Source of the DNA: Bugula neritina
Taxonomy: Eukaryota; Animalia; Bryozoa
Direction of reading: 5' to 3'
DNA: 64,000 bases
NCBI GenBank assembly: GCA_964035545.1
Contig: OZ037771.1
Coordinates: 14,817,133 to 14,881,132, forward strand
Positions 39,086 through 53,380 of this stretch are shown here, piece by piece; within the stretch, counting starts at the first letter, position 1; the number at the start of each line of letters is the position of its first letter. The notes below the pieces were generated by a model. The model was not told the origin of the DNA. It was given only the letters and a program-made list of their open reading frames with translations, and did no database searches. The position numbers and the translations under genes are program-made.

Positions 39086-41676
39086 ATGGCAAAGATAAGA
39101 GGAATCACATTTCTGTGTAAGTGTATTAAAGTATATTTCAGCTTAAAAATAAGTTAACTGCAAATATAAAAAATATCTTTGTGACAAAACTGGAAAACAA
39201 AACTTGCATTAAATATTTCTTTTGCAAAATTACCAGCTAGAATTTTTAGGTATTAAACTTTCAAAGTAATTTGTGGCTATATTAATCTTTGGCTGCAATT
39301 TAAGAAAAGATATAAGTTTGTCTTTTAATATTTCTCATAAAAACTTATAAGTGTTGCTGTTGCTTTAATAAATAAAAACTATAAAGAACTACGGATACAA
39401 TTTTGAAAAAAAGTTTAAATCTGTTTCCTAATATTTTTTTTACTAAACACCTATAGTTTTATCACTTTAATAAAAACTAGAACACAGTTCATATCACATT
39501 ATAGAATAAGTTTTTTCTTTTGTTGTAACCAAAGGCATTACATAGCATTTTTCTAATAAAATTATTATTGGTCTAACTTTTCTTTTGAACTTACAACTAT
39601 CTATTCTGTAGCTTCCTTTTTAGAAAGCGATACTTAGCTTTTCTTGTGTGAAACATTTTGCTTAAACATTGCATGTTCAGCTACTGAGGGCTTGTGAATG
39701 AGAAAGTACAAGGACCATCATTTGTTTTTTCTTTTACATGTTGCAATGCATTATATCAATTTAGCAATTTAGACAATGTTATGTGTTACAATTATATCAT
39801 AAAATCGTGTTTTACATTTATTTGAAAACGTGCCCACTTGACAAAAGAAAACATGTCTACATATTTTAGTGCCCTGAGCTATTCTTATAGCTATTTTTCA
39901 AGCTACTAGAAAGCAATTATATTGACATTGTATGTTTATGCTAAAAGTGTATGATTGACTTTTAATTTATTTTCAGGTGTATTGCTTGCTTCATTTCTTA
40001 TTCAAGAAAGCTTTGCTGATTGTGAGTTGCCTTCACTTGTTACAATTGCAACCATATAATAATAAATTGTTGGCATTTTAAAATTTTAATCTTCAAATTA
40101 ATTTGATTTCAAAAGAGTGGGCTGCAGATGTTTAACGGCAATTGATTTTAAGTTATTTGATCTTTAATTGAGGTTTTTGTATCTTTTATACTTCACATCA
40201 CATTTCAAAAATTTTACGGCAACAGGAGAAATTGATATGCAGCAATATTTCTACTTCATTACAAAAAAAATATCAATTTATTTTAGTGGACACCTGCGCA
40301 GTTGCTAATGCATGCTATACAATAACTGAAGGAGGCTGCAATACCAATAGACAAAGAGCTATTTGCATTCAGCGAGTACCTGCTCCAGCTTGCCCCGAGG
40401 ACATTGCGACTGATCCTAATGTACAAGTTTGTGCTCCAGCAGGTAAATAACATTATGAGAAGCTTGTTTTACAACCAACAGAGCTTTAAAACTGTAACGT
40501 ATTATTTTGTTTGTTTTGTAGGTACACCCCCTCTTAATAACGTGGCTTTTGCATCCACAGACACTGCACCAATTTGTACGAATTTTCTCACACCACCAGC
40601 TATATTTGGAATAATCCCTGACACTCCGCTGAACAATTTTATTAGCAGTAAGTATCATTAACAGATATTCATTCTAAAAGCACTTAAATATAACTTGCAT
40701 TGTATTTCAATGAAAATTGGTACCTGTCAATAACAAACAATAAAAATTTCAATTAAATTGTAGGTGTGAGCACATGTACACAACCATCAAGCATATGTTC
40801 AGCTGCAAATACAGATCTGCAAATAAGCTATAGTTTTACACCATGTACAACAACAACAACATCAACAACAACAGTAGCAGACCAAACAACAACAACAACA
40901 ACAACAACAACAGCTACTCCTGCAACAACAACGATTGGACCCACCAGTGCTGTGTGTCTCAACTGTTTCATTTTTGCTGAACAGGGTGTACCATGTTCAC
41001 CTACATGTGGCACTGGCACGGGCAGCAAAATGGTTACATGTCCTGGCAGACCTGAGTGTGGAATGAGAAGGTTTCCATGTACCCTCCCGGTTAGTCATCA
41101 ACATACTGTTAGAAAACTAAAGAACTATAGCTAATGGCAAGGTTTCATTGTAGATTAAATTTGACATTTTTTAAAAAACTTCTTTTTATTGTAGGCATGT
41201 CCTACACGAGCACCGATTGCAAACTGGTGTAATTGGGGAGCATATAGCCCATGTTCTCCAACCACTAGAACTTGTACTAATCTCATTGCCATTGGATTTG
41301 AGAGAAGGACAAGAACGTGCGCTTGTCCATCACCAGTCCCTGGTAGTTCTACCTGTCCTGGAGCTTCTGCAGAAACCCGAACCTGTGCACTGGTAAGAAG
41401 ATCATGGCTCACTAGAGACAATAGAACGATATAACTAAATCTACAACCGTTTTCAAAACATGAAATGTTTTCAATTATTTGTTGCAGGAATGCCAAATTC
41501 CTAGACCTGTAGGTAGAGGTAGAGGCAGAGGTAGAGGTAGAGGCAGAGGTAGAGGTAGAGGTAGAGGTAGAGGAGGTAGAGGCGGTAGAGGTAGAGGCGG
41601 TAGAGGTAGAGATAGATGTGAAAGAGGTAGAGATGGACGCAGATGCAGAGTAGCAAGACGCCAAGCAAGAAATTAA
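39086..41676 (+). CDS. Gene D: paralog of gene C; secreted Cys-rich domain + Thr-rich linker + two TSP1 repeats + RG-repeat tail, 356 aa, 7 exons
   Basis: Exons 39086-39116, 39977-40021, 40287-40442, 40522-40647, 40764-41089, 41195-41392, 41488-41676 (1071 nt, open), with the same intron phases as gene C. Signal peptide MAKIRGITFLCVLLASFLIQESFA. TSP1 motifs CSPTCGTG and WCNWGAYSPCS..RRTRTCAC. Tail (GR)n. Confidence 0.88.
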
Positions 41677-42000
41677 TTTTCTCACTACCCACCTGACTGG
41701 AATTGATTGATGGACTATGATTAAATATATTATTAACTATAACACTGTATAATAATTTAACTAATATTTTTGAAATAGCCTGGAATTTACCAGCACAAAA
41801 ATTATTTTTAAATCACTTGAATTAAAATTTTTAGGGATTCTCAAACATGGAAAATTTTCTGACTAATTTAATATTTTGCAACTTCTCAATCAATTTAAAA
41901 AACTTGTAATTTACGTTTTTATCACTCTTCAGGATAACTGCAACTTAAAATTCAATAGCTTCAGCATTTCCTTGCTGAAACATAGTTATGGTAAATTTGA

Positions 42001-43385
42001 AATATAATGCAAACAAAAAGTGAGCTTGGCATTGTTGCTATATACCTATATTTTATCAAAAACAACAAATACAAAAGCATTTAAACTAGGTTTTTAGTGT
42101 AAAACAAGTTGAGAGATTTTATTTTATGTTTGAAAGTGTTAATAGTACTTGTGGTAGTTATATAGTTAAAATTATATATCTTACAAAATAATTTCTGTAG
42201 AAAGATTTAAAAATTTGACTGAGAAACTATAATATACTTATAATTTTAATAGAACTAACTAAAAACAATTAGGCATTTGTTTAATGAAGTGCATGCACAC
42301 GCACGCCCACACTTGGAGTAAAAATGTTAGAGTTGTCATTTCAAAAGGGTGCCCAGAAACAATTTTATGAAATACCATATTACAAGTTATATAACTATAT
42401 ATATACATCAGTTACAGATAGATTTTCATTTAAATTTTACATACTGATTAAATGGTGTTGCATGCACCACTCTGCTAATATTGATATCAACTCATTACAG
42501 GGGAAAGCAGAGAAATCTAAAAATCAATTTTCAAGAGCAACAATTTATAGTAGCCAAATGAATGGTTTAAAAAATAAAGGCTAAACATAATCAAAATTTA
42601 TACCAGTGTATTGCAGCATTTGAACTTTTAGCATTAAAAGAAAGTGGAACATAATTACACTATCTCAAAAAACTACATTGCCTTTTTGCACACAGCAAAA
42701 ATGTTTTTACCTTGAAAAAATTGAAAAAATACAATGCAGAAAGCTTGCAAATGCAAAATTAATGTATGAAATATGAAAGGAATACTCAAATTTGAAATTT
42801 AAAGGGCTATTACAGCTTGGATTTTAAGTATATTATAGGCCTTACAAAAAAAGCAAAAATAAATTAAATTAATTATTAAATAAAAGCATGTAGTGATATA
42901 TGCAATTATTATTTAAAACTTGAAATAGGATTTGCCTTTTTTAAAAATAGAACATGTGATGCATTGTAGGCAAATACCACTCTGTTGATAAAAATAAAAC
43001 TAATAACTTTCATATTGTTTGACTACAATGAAAGTTCTTTTTTAAAAATAAATAAACTTCCAATAAAATAAACAAATATTTGGTTTTCCTTGTGTATGGC
43101 TATTAGCATGCAAAATTGGGGTGCAGTTAGCAATTCCTTAATATAATGCAAACAAAAAACTGAGCTTGACATTGTTCCTATATATACGTACCTATATTTT
43201 ATTAAAAACAGCAAATATAAAAGCATTTAAATTAAGCATTTTATGTAAAAAAGTTGAAAGATTTTATTTTACATTTGAAAGTTTTGAATGTATTTGTTAA
43301 AGTTATATGTTTTACAGAATAATTCCTAGGGAAAGATTTAAACTCAGATTAAGAAACTAAGAAATTATAATATACTCATAATTTC
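42001..43385 (+). repeat. Two diverged ~245-bp direct repeats (42001-42246 and 43140-43385)
   Basis: Both start atataatgcaaacaaaaa..tgagcttg.cattgtt and end ataatatact.ataattt, colinear throughout. Confidence 0.85.
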
Positions 43386-46300
43386 AGGGCATAATTTCAC
43401 AGTATCTCGTCCTCAGACATAACACTTATGTACCAATACGAGATACATTACATCATAATTAAATGTTGTCTATCGGCAAAAATTTTGCAGTAGCCAATCA
43501 TAGTACTATAACAGGGCAGTCTGAGTGTAGTATCTCGTTTATCCGCATAATTATAATAGCCCGTAGTTGAAGATGGAGTTGGAAGCTTTTCAAATACCTC
43601 CCGCATATAATAGCATTTATGCTAGTCCTTAAAACTAAATAAACATTATGGTAGACCAATAATCATGAAAGCTCTACTCATTTGTAACTGGAGGATTTGT
43701 AGCACCACAATACTAAATTTCTTGCATTGAAGGTGCTTAGGCTGTGTTGTCATAAAGATATGTTCCTATTGGGGCTTGGTATAAAATTAAACCTAACAAT
43801 TATAAGGAGTAAGGTATTATTGCTGTGGTTTCAACTGACCAACTTTGGAGTTATTATCTCGATTCTTTGTCAGGAATGGTTAGATAATTTCATGCAATAA
43901 TGAGTTTTGGCTTTATATCATTATAAATAATGAGTTTTGGCTTTATATCATTATAAATATCTACATTGATGGCAGCACTGAGCTAGAATTCTAATATCTT
44001 TTCAAGCTCATTGGGTGGCAGCTTATCGGCTAAATTTTATGCAGATATTGAATAATGTGGTTTGATAGTTATGCTATATTGTTAGGTTCACAAGCATCTT
44101 TAAAAAGTTATAATTATTACGTTAACCATAGGTCAAAAAATTACCCAAAGAGAGGGCAGATAACTCCAAAAGATTGTTTTCGCAGAAGCAAGTAAAATTC
44201 AGCTAAACTGAATACTCCAACTGATCAACATTTTCATCTATTAAAATTGAAGAAAAGTTAAATATTATTATACTATTCTAATCATGAATAGGCACAAGCT
44301 AAAAAGATATTTATTTCAAAAAATATAAAAAGTAAAGTAACACAACAATGTTTGCAAACGCAGACCTAAAAATGTGAATATTCTAGCTTGAAATTAAGTC
44401 TGAAATTCAGACTTTTCTAGGTTGAATTGACTTTAATTGACTCACCAGAAAAAACAATTAATAAAATTATAAAGACAAGCATGTAATGAAAAATGTAGTT
44501 CATTAGCAAAACTGGAGGAAAGCACTTTTTTTTCTAGAAATTGTTCGATTACATAATACATTTTTGTGCAAATGATATTTTTTAATAAAATGAAACTGTT
44601 GTATTGTTTGGCTAGATGAAGTTTCAAAAGTATTTTTAATATTTTCTCAAATAAAGTAGACATGCACTCCATTTTCACATTTTTTGGCAAAACATATGAT
44701 TGGGATTCAGTAGTCAAATCAGTTAAGCTTGACACAAGGAGTTGTCACATCCATCCTAAAGAACAAGACCATCTACAATAACAAACATGGAAAGTACTTA
44801 AAATTACATTTAAGTTTACAATAATCCTTAAAATATATGTTGCCTTCTGCAAATGCTAAATAAAACACGATGTAATGCTATGTTTACTTAGACTAAATCT
44901 TGCTGACTTACAATGAAATTCATTCATTTCAATTTGAAAATTCCTGTCAATAACTTGACTCTATGCTAACAACTAATTGTAATACCAAAATCACACTGCT
45001 ACTTTTAGTTTAGGGAATTTATTTTCATTATTAGTTCAATATTCAGCAGAGGTTTTTCTTTAATGAACAAACAATAGGCATACATGCAGATGAAAGATTA
45101 GGTCTAGTGAATACTAATTTTGTGCCTAACAAAAAAAATGAAAGACTGCATGAAAAACTAACAACTCTAAAAAATTGCAATTTGAATGAGGCTCAGGCTT
45201 TTAGGTGAGCAAGAGTAACCAGAAGAGCTACTTTAATGGAAGAAATTACTGACTGATTGTGTAGTTGCAGGCTGCATGATGTGTTTTGATTGTCACAACC
45301 ACTTTTGAAAAGGGAAAATCCATTAAATTAAGACTACTGGCAAACAACAGAACGATAAGGAAAAAATACCAAGTAGAAATTCACTTCTCAAAGCAAACTG
45401 TAGTTAATACATTATAGATGCTTAGAAGAAGCAGGCAATAGTGAATGCTATATAGTGTAGATCAGGATTCTATACAATGACAAGTAAACTGAAATTCCAG
45501 TGCACTTTGAAACTACTTGTAAGAATGGGCTTAGTGCTTTATAGTGCCTTGAAATTTTTTCAAGTCTAATTGGCACCATGCTATTAGAATTCGCAGAGAG
45601 ATGACCCTTTAAACTTTCACTTTAAACTTTAATACCTTCATGATTTTGAGTAAGAAATTCAATTTATCTAGGTCTGAAATTTCACCGAGTTGCATTGCAA
45701 GCCGCTGGTCAAATGTTTAGTTTGTGATAACTTAATCAGCTGATTTCAGAATAACAATCATTGGGAATGACATCTTCATGTAGATATAGATATTTATGCT
45801 TATAATTATATCGGCTGCCTTCATCAATCATCGATACTATGCTGCCAAATCAACTAATTAATTACAGTTGGAAACTTCAAAGGGCATTGAATAGCAATTA
45901 AGCAAGTTATACTTTTAATATTACAAAAAGAACTTATGCATCAATATGATTTAAAATATAGGTGGGCACTCCGCTAGTGATATTAACTGAAACTGAAACT
46001 TTTTTCATGCAGGAAAAGCAAAAACACATCTCAACAGAAACTTAAAAATGTCCAGCACACTTTATGCTTTGGCAACAAGCACACAATAACTTCGTTTATG
46101 GTACAAACCTTTTTGTTGATTCTTTTCCAACATTTTCACTAGAGCAAAGCCGAAAGAAATTTGGAAACTGCATAATGATGCCAGCCACCGTGGCATCATC
46201 TTCTCTGGAAAATTATTGACAAATCATCACCCAAAAACTTCAGCAAAGCCTCCATCAATAGTATGTAATACTCTAGGTGAAACTAAAAAGAAAGAGACAA

Positions 46301-47330
46301 TATTTTCGTGTAATTTAACCCATCAATAAACGCATCAATAGTTAGTGTGGCCAAGGTTTAAACCTCATTAATTTCATGCTATTTAAGGCTTTTACAACTT
46401 AAAAGATGTAATTCATCTGCAAGAGAAATGTTAGGTATATGAAATGTGTAGAAGTGCAAAAGCAAGCAGGTATTAAGGAAGGACGAGTTAGTAGGTGTAC
46501 TTTGACTTGCGATAAATCAATGTGATACCAGATGTGAATTTTGAGGTGTGTTTACTCCAATCTCACTGAAAAGGTGGAAATAGCTCAATTTACGAGACAC
46601 ACAATATTTTATGAAATACTGCACATTCATTAAAACTTTATAAAACTCTAGTGTGAAGGGTGACTCACACTTTTAAACCGTAGATGAGCTAAGTTGTAAA
46701 AGTTTGATAGGAACCTTTTACTCTATAAATTTATACAATATAAAATACTCTCCACATATTCAACAGCTACAAAGTTTTGTTGAAGATAAACTTCCTCAAC
46801 AAATATACAGAAAAAAGCTATTTGAAAGCCAAATTTCATTAGCATAATATAAGATTATTTGTGTTTCATCTTTATAAACAGTGATATAGTCATTTAACGG
46901 ATAACTAATGATTTCACTTTGTTTTTCATTCAATAAAAACTAAGTGTAGTTGGTATTAAAAACAGCTTTCATTTCTCACTTTTTTTCTCACCCTAATCTG
47001 CGTAGGCAAACAATTGGTTTGTTTCAAACACCACAACAGTAAAGCGTGACAGCATAGCCAGTGGAGAAAACAATCATCTATACTGCTGGATCAGTGGCAA
47101 CTTGCGAGTGTGTCAGAGTAGTGTCTTGTTGTGTGGCTCTACAAATAAATTATGAATTTGAATATACTACAAAGTTGCAAACATTGTTTTAACAAAACAC
47201 AGCATTTATTTGATATTATATGTAAAGCTCAAGTTGGTATAATATATATTAAATAAATTTTAGCTTTCCTTTTGGATACTCTGAAACAAAATAAAAAAAT
47301 AAACCAAAATTGGGTAAAGCCATGCAAACT

Positions 47331-47637
47331 AGAGAGAGAAAGGTTAGGAGAGAGGATGGAAGAGAGATGGGGTAGAAGAGAGAAAGGGAGAGAGTCAGAG
47401 AGATAGTGGAAAAGGGAAGAGAGAAAGGTTAGGAGAGAGAGAAGGTGGGAGAGATGGAGAGTGGGAGAGAGAGGGAGAAGGTGGGAGAGACAGAGGGTGG
47501 GAGAGAGGGAGGGTGGGAGAGAGGGAGGGTGGAAGAGAGGGAGGGTGGGAGAGAGGGAGGGTGGGGGAGAGGGAGAGAAAGAGAGAGAGGTTGAGTGGAA
47601 GGTGTGGGAGAAAGAGACAGAGAGAGGAGTGAGAGAG
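47331..47637. repeat. Polypurine (GA/GGA-rich) low-complexity tract
   Basis: ~300 nt almost entirely G/A with gggtgggagagaggga units. Confidence 0.92.
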
Positions 47638-50600
47638 CTTCCAAACTAACACCATTGACTTAAAAAATGTTGATAAAAACTGCAGCAAGTCTTTGAAAAC
47701 GATGCTAGCAAGTTCAAAGCTCATTATAACTTTCAAAATCAATAAAATGTCAAGTTCAAAAAACTCATCTGCGAGCAAAAAATAGTTACAGAGACAACCA
47801 GGTATTGGGCAAGAGCCAGCTAAGAGGAGTACCTTTTTAGATAAACTGCATGCAGGCACAGTGAGATAGCATCGGTGAGTTGTGTCTTCATTTTAATTTC
47901 CTAAAAATGAACATAAACAAATGCTAGTAATGAAAGTTTTCAGGGTTATTAAGGGTGCAATTTTATCACTAAACATCATAGCAATAGCAAAAATTGCTCA
48001 GTACAAATTTAAGAAAAATTTCTTTCATCCATTACATAATACCCGAAATCAAATCCATTTATTCAATTCATCAAGCTGAAAAACCAAGAATAATCAGAAA
48101 GACAGTAAAATCACTTTCTAGTAAAAAACAGCTTTAGATCATAATTGTTGGGTTCAGCTCTTAAGCTAAGACACCGATGCACTGAAATACGAAAAAGATC
48201 AGCATACTTTTGACTGTCACAAAATTTATTTTACGTGCAACAGACATTTTAAGGTCACCCGCCACCCGCGCAGGACCACGTTGGTGAAAGGTGACCAGAT
48301 ATTTTAAGGTCAATCAAAATCAAGCAAAGTTCATCGTCATATTGCTTACTGCTTTATGCTGCAGCTTATTTTTGCTTACCAAGTTTCTTTCTGCAGAATA
48401 ATTGTAGCTAGCTTCTCGATTTGCCATCTTCATTCCAGTCCAGGTTCAAATGACATCTTGATCGTTGCAAATATCCATGCAAACTAAAAAATATTGATCA
48501 ATCAGTACAACAACAGAAATACTTACAATGATCCAAATATTACTATTACATTACTATAACATTACACAGTAACACTATGTTTATAATTGTAATACGGAAG
48601 CATGACTTTGTGGTAGTTTGATATGCTATAGCAAAAGGTAGAAAAATCAACTGAAAAACCGACAGAAATAATCAAGTACAATTAACTAAAGTAAATAAAC
48701 TTACTGAATAGTAAATATTTTACTATACTTAGTGAATTGATTTACTTCCACTAGGTTTACTTTCATGATTAAATGCTTCTGTCTATTTTCCAGTTTATAG
48801 GAATATATTAAAAGTGAAACCAATTATAATTACTATTACCTTATCTAGTTTTGACTATATATTTTTCACAAATATAAACATAGTTATATGCGTATTTCTA
48901 TTGTGACTGCAGATACCATTGCGGTAACTGAAATCAAACTTCATTCTACTTCAAGTTTCAAACATTGTCCCAGTTCAAAGACTAACAAGTGAATAATTAT
49001 TAACTGTGAAAGATGCAATAAGTTACTTCATTATTAAATAAGATACAACTGATTCTACCGTATATGATACTATGGTATCTGTATTAAATTAAAACATAAT
49101 TATGAAAATCAAAAGTTGTATTTTGAGCACTTATATTATAGTAATTAAATTAGCAGCTTAAAATAGGCACATTAAACCATGATTGGAATTTTTATCCATT
49201 TATCTTTATAATTATATTTATTCTTTATTCTGAAAGTTGACCCAACACTGGTAACAAAACTAAAAGTAATTGATTAAGTATGATTTATTCTTACACACTT
49301 TACCATTATATTTAGTCTTCCTGACTTTCAGTCTGTCATAGTGATTACTACTATATGAAAATGACTTTGACTTAGGAGTCATAATTATAGTCACAGTGTT
49401 GATAAGTCAACAGTGTAGGATTAACACAGCACTAGACTAGTACTACCTCCAGCTTTCAAGTTTATGTTAGGGTATCTCTAAGACTAAAGAGTAACCCTAA
49501 TAATGTAAGCAAAGAGCAGTGAGTAATAAGCATGCTATTCAACTTCAAGTTTCACTAGTACTATAACCAATACCACATGTATTTTAATAAAATTATGTAG
49601 CTGGTGAGTGAACTATAAAATTAAATAGGGATCAAACTTTGAGCAATATTAATAGAAATAATATTAGGACAGAGGTTTCCAATTATTAGTATGTGAAACC
49701 AAAGAGGAATAGATAACTACTATTAGTATTATTACATTTACTTTATATTTAGTTTTACCAGTTCGTATTATGATTATCTTACTTTGAATTGTAAAGTATA
49801 ATAATTATAATATTCATAGTAGTATATTTATATTAGTAATTAATATGTATATTAGTAAAAACATTTGTTTTAAGTTGCTTGTTTATTAAATTATTCTAAA
49901 TCCTAATAACGATAATCTTAATATTAGTGATAATCATTATGCTCATCACTGTCCCCAAGTGCTATCAGTATGACCATCGCAATGTGAACCTAGACGTGAA
50001 TGTAAAAAGGCACTGCAAAACAGAACACGGGATGGAGGCAGATATCCATACCATAATACAAATATCGATATTGAATTTGATAATCATAATTATTATACAA
50101 ATATAATGATAATAACTACAATGATCAAAAATAAATAATACCAAAGAGTTTTCGAATTACTATTCATAAAATCAAATATCATATTTATAAAGATATAATC
50201 ATATCTATTATTAAATTTAAGTCAATTATACTAATAGCAATAGTAATATAAATAGAAAAAAGAATCATTGACCAGGAGTAGGTGCAAAATAAAAGTCAAT
50301 TTTAAGACAAAGAGTAAGAAAAATACTAAATCGATATTTAAAATTACTTATTTTTAATCTTAGTCACTTACAGTCAGTCTTAGTTTAATTTTTACTACTA
50401 AGTCTTTAATTTCAAGTTCATTTTGACAATAAACTTGAAGACTTTAACTAAGAATATGTATAATTCAAAATTCCAAACTGGTACAAGTAAAAGTTGCTAC
50501 TGAAGCTTTGTAATACTATTTTAAATTATTGGTATGATAGCATTATATTTTGATTCATAGCAATATTGATAGTGACAATTTCAAACATACCCATACCATT

Positions 50601-52169
50601 ACTGTTACAGTTCAAGTTACTATTGCCATTGTGATTGCCGGTAATGACTAAATATAACTTAAATTTATATGACTATTACTATTACTATTAGTATTACTAT
50701 CACTTTCAGTACCGGTCTAGTATTAGTATCACCTTAATTCAAAATCAATGTATAATTTATCAAATTACTTTTATATTATCATTTATCAATAATATGTCTA
50801 TCACTATGATATTATCATGATATTGATTTTTAATTTAAACATAATAAAATCATAGGTATAATCATAATGATAATCATAATCATAATGCTTAATTTTACTT
50901 TTAGTTCAGGTTCAATGATTTAAGAGTAAGTGAAAGTTACTATAACTATTGCCATTGTGATTGCTAGAAATAAGTAAATATAATTTAAATTTATATGACT
51001 ATTACTATTACCAACACTCAGACTTACTCGGACTCACTCTGTCTCTAACTCTAAGTCTGAGTCTCACTCCACAGAGTGAGAGTGACACTGAATTACTATA
51101 ACTATTAGTATTAGTATTAGCAAAATATATCAACCTTATGATTATCTTATTAGTTATTACAATATGTTCGGCATTGATGTTGAACTAAAAATATTAATAG
51201 TTATTACTATATTACAATCATAATGACAATGCCAATATGATCAAAGACAAATGATTCCAAGCAGTTTCAGTTTGAGTTGAAGGTAAGTTATAAGTTGAAG
51301 TAGTACGTAAGTGGTAGTTGATACTGATACTATAGGTCTATACTCCATACCAATGAACTCAATAATATTACCTATATATTACCATAAATTATATTACTAT
51401 TACTATTAGTATTACCTATAATTAAAATATATTATTTCTTTTCCAGCTCAGTGCTTTATACCCTCTACTTAGTCTAATGCCGCGCGCATGACGAGAATGT
51501 GAGGTGAAGGTTACTCACAGCTAAAATCGCCAAGGATCTGTAATCACTAGGAGTAGTAGTTCTAGTACTAGTAGTCGTACTACCAGTAATCTGGCTTCGC
51601 TATGGCACTACGAATTGAATGTTGACAAGACGCATGCATGTTTGCTGTTGGTAAACTAATTTTTACTGAATTTTAATCATGCTAAGCTGCAACCTATTTT
51701 CTAATGAAATAATATATTCAATAAATATAATAATATAATAAATATAATAATTATCATTATAATATTTTATCATTTAATTTTATAACTTTTACTTTTAGTT
51801 TTAGTATTTTGGTTTTACATCAAAATTTACATCATTATGATTATCATTATGATTACAAAATGAAAATAATTATCATTAACCATTACCTTTTAATTTATGA
51901 TTATAATTAATGTTAGAATTACCACAATTACAATCATAATGATAATGGCATAATGCCAATGATAATCACAATCGTAACACTAATAATATTAGTAATAGTC
52001 AAACTCAAGGATTGAGCCAATGATTCAGATTGTCTAAATTTAATTAAATAAATTTCAGCCTTGGGTTTAACTTTACAGTTCACAATTTTATTTTACATTA
52101 CGACTGAGAATCACAGTAAGACTAAGAAAAAGAGTAAGTCATACCTTTCTTGCAGTTATTTTCAAAGTT

Positions 52170-52312
52170 TGTAGTTGTACTAGTACAGTAGTAGACCTAG
52201 TAGTAGTACTAGTAGTAGTAGTAGTAACAGTACTATTAGTAGTAGTAGTAGTACTAGTACTAGTAGCAGTACAAGTACTAGTTGTAGTACTAGTATCAGT
52301 GGTAGTAGTAAT
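52170..52312. repeat. (TAG/TAC)n microsatellite
   Basis: agtagtagtactagtagtagt... Confidence 0.9.
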
Positions 52313-53380
52313 AGGACTCAATCTTAGATGTAAGTCTAATGAAATACGAATAATAATAGTATAAGTATAACTTTTACATATTTAGTTTTACTATAAGTGT
52401 AAATATAATGAGTAATAGTAAAACTCAAAGTATATACATTAACTCAGTTTAGCATTAATGATAAAATATAATAATTATAATAAAGTAATATGATCACCAT
52501 TGCGATTATAATTAAAATTCTTAGTAACACTTTTATGATACTCAGTTTAATTTATTAATATTAAACATTAGTTTGGCTACCACAAATAACTAATAAGTGC
52601 TACTATAGCTAACTGTAAAGATAAGTATAAATTTAACTATAACATAGACTATCAGCAATAATAATATATCATATTGGTATTAAACTATATATGGATAATG
52701 CAAATCATAGATCATACCTCATGATAATTATTCCTAATGATCTTACTTTTTATATGCTGATGCTAATAAGTAGTAATTTTAAATTTGATAACTCATGAAT
52801 GATGAATAAGATAACAAGAATAATACTGGACCTAGTAATACTATTAGTTCTACTACTAGAATGTTATTACCTTATATGTGTAATACGCTTCTTTTAGTAA
52901 TACTGCTGCTCAAAGTTAGTGTTAATCATATTTATAGTTAAATGTTGAAGGAATAAATTAGTTCATAACATAAACATTGCACTATGTGAATCTGAAATTT
53001 AATATGAATATCCCAATTACACTTGCTGTTGCTCTTTAGAGACTAGAGTTATAACTTATAACTATGATATAATAATGAATACCATTATTTTACCTAATCA
53101 TATTACTCAGCTAATGTTAATGATAACTGTAAGTCTAAAAACCATTACGGTTATAGGTATCACTGACTAATATTATTAATAATATAATCATTCGTTTTAT
53201 ACTTGTACCTATATTTATATTTATACTTATACCTATTTTTATACTTATGATCATATCTATACTTTCACGTATGCTTGTACATTTTACTCATAGTATCAGG
53301 GTGGCAATCGAAAAGTCATAATCGATATGCTAATCTAATAATAGAACCAACTGCACTAATATAGTTGTATATTATTATTA

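Noticed and set aside
33225-41676. Calling genes C/D R-spondin
   Set aside because: TSP1 plus basic tail is similar, but the N-terminal Cys spacing is not furin-like and there are two TSP1 repeats
41155-41692. Minus-strand Ser/Thr-rich and Leu/Tyr-rich ORFs
   Set aside because: Antisense shadows of gene D exons 6-7 and its hexamer repeat
47395-47859. 154-aa Pro/Ser/Leu-rich ORF
   Set aside because: Mostly derived from the polypurine tract; no recognisable domain
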